Assembly (NCBI GenBank): GCA_013265495.1
Contig: MU058463.1
Coordinates: 1,077,523-1,141,522, forward strand
DNA: 64,000 nucleotides
Origin: Vicugna vicugna
Lineage: Eukaryota
Direction of reading: 5' to 3'
Shown: one piece after another, positions 55,780-64,000 of the stretch
Layout: each line of letters begins with the position of its first letter
How positions within the stretch are numbered: the stretch's first letter is position 1
The notes under the pieces: generated by a model
Databases searched by the model: none
What the model was told of the DNA's origin: nothing
What the model saw: only the letters and a program-made list of their open reading frames with translations
Position numbers and translations under genes: made by a program

Positions 55780-56479
55780 AATTTCTGGAAATTCTTTCCA
55801 GGTGAAGAAAAAAATAATTTATTTCCGGCTTCACTATAATGTTGATCAAAGATTTTTTTTCTTTTTGATATTAACTTCCCTGCCCTTCTAGTTGTAAATG
55901 GATAATCACAATGAAAGTTCCATGGTATCTTACAGCTTTACGTCAAAAAGAAAACCTAATATTACTACCTAAGGGTGTACAACATGGGGAAGAGACAAGG
56001 TTCTGATGGTTGTGCACAGGAGGTCATTCTCCACAGCAGCTAGTAGGACATGATTTGCAAAGTATCCCAGTTCCAAGAGGCCCTGCAGTGGTATATAATG
56101 GCTGCCGATATCGTCTACACTGGCAATAGGAAACTACCCTCCCTTCCAATTTCCAGCACCCACTCCGCAATATGGATCTCTTTCTGTGAAAACCACATAC
56201 TTTCACTACTTTCCTGACAGACGACATTCAAATCCATTTTGTCTCAGAGTCTCTTCCAACAGGCTACGGTTCCCACTGCCATAGTCAACCCCAAGTCCTT
56301 AATTGGTATTCCATCATTTTCTACCTCAATGATCCATCTTAGATCTCCTTTTCTCTTGTTTAGCACTTTCGTTGGTCTCAATTGCTTGTCTGGTGGGAGT
56401 AAACCAAACCCTTCATTGTCTTCTCTTTATTAAGTCACAATTCCTGCAGTTGCCTCTTTACAGTTATTACTGAGATTGA

Positions 56480-57035
56480 AAATCAAGACTCCACCCAGTG
56501 AACACTATGGGGTTTAGGCATACTCCTCTATAGCCCCATTGTGAGTTAGCATTCCCAGCCCTCATGGTGATCAGTGTCAACGGCCCCAGTTCATAAAGTA
56601 GCCCCTTTCCATGCCTGCTGACCCTCGGGGATGAGAAGTCAAGGTGGCTAGATGATGGCCACACAGTCTGGTCTATTGGCGTGCTTCTTGCCTCCTTAGC
56701 AGTGTGACCCCCCAACTCCAAACTCAAGAATTGAAGTCTCTAATAAGACAAAGGAGAAGGAACACAAAATTGGCACAACAGTTACTGGCAATGAATGGAA
56801 AGAGGCCAATCCTACATTCATCCCTTTGTTTCCAGACTCGGATATTCCAGATTTTAGGGACATATCCTATACTGGGCATTTGGTCAAAGCATATACTACA
56901 TCCTGGAGGACAATACCTCAATCACACATGGTGCCAACCCTAAGCTGGCCATTTAGCTTGGCCTTTCACAGGCCATCCCAACATTCTACCTGTGGAGCTG
57001 TATCTGGGTGATAGAGTATGTATTGCCAGTGTGAT
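56480..57035 (-). mobile_element. ERV-L pol fossil: integrase core end and dUTPase-like region
   Basis: Reverse translation HWQYILYHPDTAPQVECWDGL*KAKL...VLQDVVYAL aligns with ERV-L HWSYHVPHHPEAAGLIERWNGLLK...VLQKAVYAL. QQAWKGATL*TGAVDTDH and THNGAIEEYA match the ERV-L dUTPase region. Confidence 0.85.
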
Positions 57036-57095
57036 AGTCTTCATTCAAGATGATCAAGGTTAACAATGATACAGCATAGGGATGATAAATAAAGT

Positions 57096-57115
57096 AAGAT
57101 AAGATAAGATAAGAT
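57096..57115 (+). repeat. (AAGAT)4 pentanucleotide repeat
   Basis: aagataagataagataagat. Confidence 0.85.
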
Positions 57116-57129
57116 AAAACTAAAAAATA

Positions 57130-57466
57130 AAATATTACTGCTGTCCTTCCCACACAAAAGCACATTGATTTTGATCCTATTTGCCAATGGGGTTTGAAAA
57201 GAATGTATTCACTAGATTAACAGCTGCATAACAATAAAGATACCACATCTGGAAAACAACCGGAACTGAGTCTGTGACTTTTAAGATAATGTAGAATAAT
57301 CTACCACACTCCAACTTTCTTTCCCGTAAGGAAACCATACAAATGAATGAAAGCCGACACAATAGGACAAGGATTCCTATCTCATTTAAGTATTTGAGGG
57401 TGTTCCTAATCTCTGCCATTTCACCAAGGATATATAGCATAACTTCTGGTTTATTGCCTTGGTTGA
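57130..57466 (-). mobile_element. ERV-L pol fossil: RT N-terminal region
   Basis: ORF 57177..57602 contains YILGEMAEIRNTLKYLNEIG and YAAVNLVNTFFSNPI, followed by QCAFVWEGQQ. Compare ERV-L YRIPGGIAEISATIKDL, YAAIDLANAFFSIPV and QFAFSWQGQQ. Confidence 0.85.
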
Positions 57467-58094
57467 TGTAGCAAAGCAGGGAAATTTTCAGAAACTGCCA
57501 CATACTCCTTATTCTTAGAGCAGACAGAGGGCTAGATATGAGCAGAGAAAGGAGGGTATGGGTCAAATGGCAGGAAACAATATATCTTGTGATAAGAAAC
57601 AATATATCTTATCCTCTGGACTGATAAATAACCACACATTTTTGAGTTGGTAAGTGTCCTGGAGGCATATAAAGAAAGATGGGATGAGGCAGGAATCTCC
57701 ATTGTCTGAATGTAATCTTTTGCTCATTATGCCCTCATTACAATAAAATTATCCTTGCAGATAACTACCTATAATGCACTGACACCATGACACTTCCAAT
57801 CAAGACTAAATAAGGACAAAAATCCCTCCTCCCATCAGGAAGCCGGAACCAGGATAAAAATCAGAAACTATAACACCAAACCCCTCCCTCCCCAGTGAAT
57901 ATTCTGCCAATTCATTTTTACACCCCGTATAACCAGCTTGCCAAAGAAACTCAGCTCAGCTACTCACCTGACTCTTCCTGCTCTCCCCTTGAGAGCATAC
58001 TATCACCTAATAATAAATCCTTAGTTTTCCTGACCTCCATGTGTCATGTCTGAGTTCTTTCTTCAGTGAAACAAGAACTTCCTCTCTAGTCACA
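57467..58094 (+). mobile_element. ERV1-like solo LTR inserted in the ERV-L internal region
   Basis: TGTA...CACA ends, TATA-like gtataa near 57927, AATAAA at 58012, U5-like gagttctttcttcagtgaaacaagaac. Internal 15-bp direct repeat gaaacaatatatctt (57574, 57596). Confidence 0.75.
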
Positions 58095-58208
58095 TTACCA
58101 AAAACGCTCTTATATTACAAATTAGGGAACCTGTGCAAGTATTCTGCTGGCTGTTTGGTATAATCATCCTAATTTTATTTTCACATACTAGGAATAACCT
58201 AAGGGTAG
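58095..58208 (-). mobile_element. ERV-L protease C-terminal remnant
   Basis: Reverse complement ggttattcc...cagccagcagaatacttgcacaggttccctaa resembles the ERV-L VVISP...SSWQNPHIGSL coding region. Confidence 0.6.
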
Positions 58209-59040
58209 TAAAGTTGGTTCTGATTGCCAAATTCCAATTTGGAAAGGGAGAAGTTCCCCCACTACAAGCAATGCTCTAGACACCAGATGGCTGTCCTAAA
58301 ATTCAACTCAATGCTGACACTGTCTACCTGGAGATGGCATCAGATCACACAAGTTAAGGGTTCATTATTAGGAGACTGCCCTCCACCCCGTCTTCAGGTG
58401 CCAATCACAAACTGAGATGATTACCTGTACTCCTAACCAACAACAGCCTACAGATTGGAGATTCCCACAATCTCTTCCTTGCATTTTATTAACTTGCTAG
58501 AGCAGCTCACAGAGCTCAGGAAGCCTGTTTATGCACTAGATTACCAATTCATTACAAAGGATATTAAAGGATATGAATCAACAGCCCAATGAAGAGATGA
58601 ACAGAGCAAGATATGGGGAAAGGGCTCAGAGCTTCCATACCCTCTCCGAACATACCACTCTCCCCCAGAATTTCCATGTGTTCACCAACCCAGAAGCTCT
58701 CTGAACCCTGTCATTTTGGGTTTTAATGGAGGTTTTAGTATATAGGCACAATTGATTAAATCACCGGTCACCAAGGATTGATCTCAGTTTCCAGCCCCTC
58801 TGTCTTCCCTGGAGGTTAAAAGGTGGGACTAAAAGTTTCAGCCCTCTAATGAGAGGGTCGGTTTGTCTGGAGGTCAATCCTAATAGTTAGGTGTACTCCA
58901 AAAGCTACTTCATTAACATAAAAAAGGGACAACTTTATGGCTCTCATCACTTAGGAAATTCCTAGAGTTTTAGAAGCTCTGTGCCAGAAACAGGGATGAA
59001 GACCAAATATGTATTTCTTGTTATAAATCACACTATCATG
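58209..59040 (-). mobile_element. MER21-like LTR with perfect 5-bp TSD
   Basis: ctgacactgtctacctggagatggcatcagat, ttgctagagcagctcacaga, gtgttcaccaacccagaagctctctgaaccc, tgtgccagaaacagggatgaagaccaaatat...tcacactatca. TSD GGTAG at 58204-58208 and 59041-59045. Confidence 0.9.
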
Positions 59041-59265
59041 GGTAGGTCTGTGAACTCACTGGAATGACTGTGAGATAGACCTGGGTGAAGATCTCATTTA
59101 TCACCAGTTCTTATGCCTCCACTCTAACTGAAGGAACACGATGGCATTTTACAATTCCTATCCCAATGTCAGATCATATCACGAACTGTATCCAGCAGCT
59201 CTCATAATTTTCCCCAGTGTATATTTATGTTAGTAAATGGATGCAGGATGTTTTAGGGAAAGGAT
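59041..59265 (-). mobile_element. ERV-L protease N-terminal remnant
   Basis: Reverse translation PFTNINIHWGK...LLDT (59187-59198)...PSVRVEA...VINEIFTQVYLTV, versus ERV-L PFTRVTVHWGK...LLDTG...PPVKVGA...VINGVLAQVRLTV. Confidence 0.8.
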
Positions 59266-61258
59266 TGGATGAATGTTTATTTTATATTTTTAAGTTTATT
59301 TACATTGCAGAATCTGTTCTCAAGGGACACAGCATCCCCTTTAGTTGGTAGACTTAGGGTCTGAAAACAAGCTAAGATAAGCATATGGGGAAAGAACCAT
59401 GTATTTCTTTTAAAGTTGATTCTGTTCAGATGTAGTTTTATTTTTTAATTTTACAAAGAATCAATAGGATTATAATATGTAAAGAATGCCAGAATGTAAA
59501 GATTCCTAGATCATTAAAAAGGAAAGGGTAATAGAATTTGAAGATTCCCTGCTGTAACAGAAGTGTTTTGTGTAGAAAATTAAGTCTTTTCAAAGGACTC
59601 ATCAAACATATATCATAAATCTTACAGTTTTATATGAATGTATCTTTGATGACTTTGAAATTTAAGACAGGAAAATAATGCTTAGGGTAGTATTTCAATT
59701 TTTTTGAGTAACTGAAGCATTTTGCCTCTGGGCACACATGGAAGACATGGGAACTGAACAGTTAAACATCAGAAAAGAGAATTTTATTGTTTCTTTACCA
59801 AAAAATTTCACCTCATGAGAAAACCATACTAAACCAAATTAAACATATAAGTCACTAAAATCACCAACTTAATCAAACTTAAGGAGGAAGGGACCACTGC
59901 TCCATTTCAAGTATAAAATAGATAATTAGGAAGGCAAGTAATTAAATAGAAGCAAGATAGTATTTCTCAGAAGTGATATCACAGGGATGTTGACATAGAC
60001 CAACACTCTTCTGTTTCTTTTTGTTTGTTTCTGTTTTGCCTAAAATGATCTCTATAACACTGTTCCTAATTAAGAAACAAAGTGTTCCAGAAATTCTAAC
60101 ATAGAGAAAAGATTATGATTAAATAGTATCATTGAAATGTTATGGATTGAGAACAGTGTTAAGAAAGACGACATTTTTCAAAATAATATATGTAGCTGAG
60201 AAGTGGTGTTTTGGCAACAGTGCATGGCAATGAAAGAATGCCTATGTGATAACTCCGACAGGAAAGAAATGGTTGCAGGTATTTCGTTCAGGAATGAAGG
60301 AGGGAGACCATAAATACTGTCAGAATGTGCCTTACGTTTTCTGGCTGGAAGAAATAGATTGTGTTTTCCCAATCTAGTGAAAAACAACACATAAAGAGAA
60401 AGTAATGACTAACTTTTAAATATGTCATTTATTTTATCATAAATGAAATAATTCATAAAATATTTATGAACTCCTGCATAACAAAGAGTTTCTTCCATAA
60501 TGAGGACTAGAGAACAGTGTTTGCTCCTCAAATTCTTATTCTAATAGGCAAGGAAGACCTGTAAACATTTAAGTGTTACAGTATTACAACATGACTTCAT
60601 AGAAATACACAAGGGGAACTTTGTAGTGCTGTGTTCAGTGCTGTACATCTGCTATTCAGAGGAATATTAGTCAATTAGGTCTAAAACGTGTAAAGAGGAA
60701 ACTAAAGGTTATAAAACCATGTCATAGGATAAACTGTTGAAATACGTCAGCTTCACGAGACTAAAATTTTAAAAAAAATATACTTTACTTAAAAACTTCT
60801 TAAGCAGAAATTTTCAGAAAAGAAGTTAATGATACAAGTTATTTGGAGAATATAATACACAGTTAGATATAATCTTTAATTTATAAAAAGGTGGAAGATG
60901 TTTTGATAATACTTAAATACCAGTTACCCCAAATATCATACCTATTCTGTAACCTGTTATCATAAAGTAAGCTTTGTTAAGTAGGCTTCCAAGAAGATAA
61001 ATAACTTTCACGTAAATACAAATTACCGTTCATAATTATTTCTCAAATATTTTTACCTTGTAAACTGGAGACTATCAAAGTCTTTTAAGTGTTTATTTCT
61101 AAAATATTTTCCCCAAAATGGCATTTGTTAACTTAAAATTTTTTTAGAAAGCTGAACTTGCCAATTTTTTTTATAATTACACAAATTATGTTACTGTTAT
61201 AAAATTAACTCAATCAGTCTGTAAGAACTACATAAGCTCTTATTTAAAACATTATTTG

Positions 61259-62054
61259 TCATTCAAAAGTTCATGAATGATAAATGCTGGAGAGGGTGTA
61301 GAAGAAAGGGAACCCTCCTACACTGCTGGTAGGAATGTAGCTTGGTGCAGCCATTGTGGAAAACAGTATGAAGTTTCCTTAAAAGACTAAAAATAGATTT
61401 ACCATATGATTCAGCTGTCCCACTGCTGGGTATATATCTGGAGGGAATACAACTTTGAACAGATACATGCACCCCAAAGTTCATAGCAGCACTATATACA
61501 ATAGCCAAGACATGGAAGCAACCTAAATGTCATTGACAGATGACTGGATAAAGAAATTGTGGTATATTTCTACAATGGAATGCTACTCAGCCATAAAAAA
61601 TAATAAAATAATGCCATTTGCAGCAACATGGATAGACCTAGAGATCATCATTCTAAGAGAAGTAAGCCAGAAAGAGAAAGAAAAATACCATATGATATCA
61701 CTCATATGTGGAATCTTAAAAAAAAAAAAGGGGGGGACACTATGAACTCATCTACAAACAGAAACAGACTCACAAACATAGTAAACAATCTTATGGTTAC
61801 CTGGGAAAGAAGGGGGGAAGGGATAACTTCTGGAGTTTGAGATTTGCAAATGTTAGCCCCTATATATAAAAATAGATTTTAAAAAATCAGATTTCTTCTG
61901 TATAGCACAGGAAACTAGATTCAATATCTTGTAATAACTTTTAGTGGAAAGGAATATGAAAACATATATATGTATGTTTGTGCATGACTGGGACATTATG
62001 CTGTGCACCAGAAATTGACACATTGTAACTGACTATACTTCAATTAAAAGAAAA
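61259..62054 (+). mobile_element. Young 5'-truncated L1 3' end with TSD
   Basis: ORF2 end DDWIKKLWYISTMECYSAIK...FAATWIDLE. The 3'UTR ends gactatacttcaattaaaa. TSD AAAA(C/T)ATTATTTG at 61246-61258 and 62055-62067. Confidence 0.95.
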
Positions 62055-62339
62055 AAAATATTATTTGAATACATTTCTTCTTGAAAGTTTATGCAAGTAA
62101 AATAAAACTGTGACTCATACTGTTTCAAAACAAAATTCAGTACTTCAACAGAATTTCAAATTTTACATATATTTTAAAGATATAGAATTCATAGATAAAA
62201 TGTTTCATGCTTGTATAAAAATGCACATTTTGTTAACACATAAGTATTTACCTTGTATAAATGTTTGTACATTTTCATCATCTGCTTTTATACTTAATAA
62301 TTTATCATAAAATATTCTTATATTCATGAATATAGAAAA

Positions 62340-62412
62340 AGTTAACCTAGCATCTAAAAGCGTGGATTCCAAAGTTCAGCTGCCTGGGTTGAATCCTGGC
62401 TCAACTGTTCAA
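62340..62412 (+). mobile_element. MIR 5' fragment within an old L1ME-like remnant
   Basis: taaaagcgtggattccaaagttcagctgcctgggttgaatcctggctcaac. Confidence 0.7.
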
Positions 62413-63336
62413 AAATTATTACCACAGTGTGCATTACTTACCCTTTCTTCACCTAATGGTCACATACTTCCATATTTTGAATATATAGTTTAATTTATTC
62501 AATTCCTAATGTATTAAGAAGTATAGACTGGTTTCTATGTTTAGTATTATAAGCTATATTTATTTTATAAATAACCTTGTACACATGTTTATGTGCATAA
62601 CTGTCAGGTTAATTCTCATAAGTAATGCCAAGAGACTTATTTATAGATCCAATCATATGCATGTACAACAGATAAATATGTTTTCTTCTGAAACTAACAT
62701 AAAACCTGAATATACTGGATTTTAAATATGATTTATTATTCTCAGATAAGAATGGGGTTCAGTAGCTCAGGAATGCTGGAGCTGAAATCTCTGTAATCCT
62801 TATAAACTTTCCATGATGGCTACCTAGTAGCTCTTTCACTCCTGTTTAATGCTATGTTTAAAGAAAGAATAACAAAGAAGCCAGTGTTAAATAAGGCAAG
62901 GGAAGCAATAATATTCTTAGGAACCCTTCCAAAGTATTTTTCTTACTTCTCATTGACTAAGACCAGGTCATATGGTAGTACCTACATGCAAGACAGTGCA
63001 GGAAGGGGAGGAGGCAATTCCTGGAGTGGAGAAAGGGCATTTCATTCGCAGCTCAGTGACTGCTGATGCTTATTTGTTGCTTCTTACCTAAATATTAATA
63101 AAACTACTTATGATTCTTCTAACTAATGTACAGTTCCAATCTCAAGATATTCTTTTTTAAAACAATTTAAATTTTAGGAATTTGAATGTTTTATGCGATA
63201 GCTTTTTGATAAGTCAAATTGGCTAGACAGAGCTACAGTCCCTAGAATACCTTTTCTAGTGTGATTCCCACTGCCTCAGGTTAAAAGAGATATGCATTTA
63301 GGAGAGTTGAAGGACAAAAGGGAACAGCAGTCAGTT

Positions 63337-63808
63337 TATAGTATCCACATCCCTCTCTCAATTACTCAACATATACTAATCTAGGTGCTGCTGCGAAGTA
63401 ATTTTGCAGATGTGATTACAATCCCTAATCAGTGACTTCAAGTTAAACAGAAGGAGATTGTGCTGGAGGGGGCTGACCTAGCCAGTAAGAAGTGCAGTTT
63501 AAGAACAGGTCTTTACTGAGGAAAAGACTCGACGTAACACTGAGTCTGCAATGGCTTTTCCTTGCCTGTGAATCTTTCTGACAGCTGCCTAATGACCACA
63601 GGTTTCAGATCAGGTATGTAGGGGTCAAGCCTGCTTGGGATCTTCCCTCCCTCATTATCAGAAGATTTTGGATTTACTTAATCAACCTTCACAGTTACAT
63701 AAGGAAGTTCCTTGTAATAAATTCAAATACAAATAAAAATATAAAAATATAAATGTATTCCTAATGATTCTGTGATTCTGCTTCTCAGATTGAACTCTGA
63801 TTAAAACA
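63337..63808 (+). mobile_element. MLT2-like (MLT2E/F) ERVL LTR
   Basis: actaatctaggtgctgctgcgaagtaattttgcagatgtgatta...aatcagtgact...ttctgcttctcagattgaactctgattaaaaca. Confidence 0.75.
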
Positions 63809-64000
63809 CTAGATAAAATAATTAAGAAGCCATCAGAGTGCATGTAACAAGGTTGAAGAAGAAAAAGAAGAGGAAGAAGAAGAGAAGAGAGAGTGAATTT
63901 AGATACTCAGGAGAGCATTGTGCTATCCTTAATTTAGCCTGATAGGGAAATACTTTCATCTAAGTTTAAAAATATATATATAGCCAATATAAAAGTAATT

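Noticed and set aside
57177..57602. 141-aa ORF as a domesticated retroviral gene
   Set aside because: It starts inside the unrelated LTR, drifts out of the RT frame and lacks the YxDD region, so it is a fossil.

Overview
AT-rich mammalian genomic DNA, intergenic or deep intronic. I found no recognisable host protein-coding exon, RNA gene, CRISPR array or prokaryotic system. Probable source is a camelid. This is inferred from a tRNA-derived SINE at 6642-6750 resembling the camelid Vic-1 type, from the young L1 3' ends, and from the lack of Alu, Bov-A/BovB, PRE-1 or Can-SINE copies. Much of the window is transposable-element debris. It holds young 5'-truncated L1s with target-site duplications (TSDs), two clear twin-primed (5'-inverted) L1s and a probable third at the left edge, and an L1 nested in an L1. 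It also holds older L1M/L2/MIR fragments, MaLR and ERVL solo LTRs, hAT MITEs (MER58, MER96, MER63-like), and a fossil ERV-L pol (protease, RT, integrase, dUTPase) broken by two later LTRs. The ORF-track entries I could interpret are L1 or ERV-L remnants, their antisense frames, or short chance ORFs. The best leads are four. (1) An L1 5'UTR/ORF1 start fused to an L1MC-type 3' end inside one TSD (42089-43604), part of a recurring L1 tail-swapping pattern. (2) A CpG-rich, retrocopy-like insert in an L2 (17505-17870). (3) A possible decayed processed pseudogene (49430-50420). (4) The ERV-L fossil. Repeat subfamily names come from my recall of consensus sequences and need RepeatMasker/Dfam confirmation. 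I found no evidence of a new multi-gene biological system.
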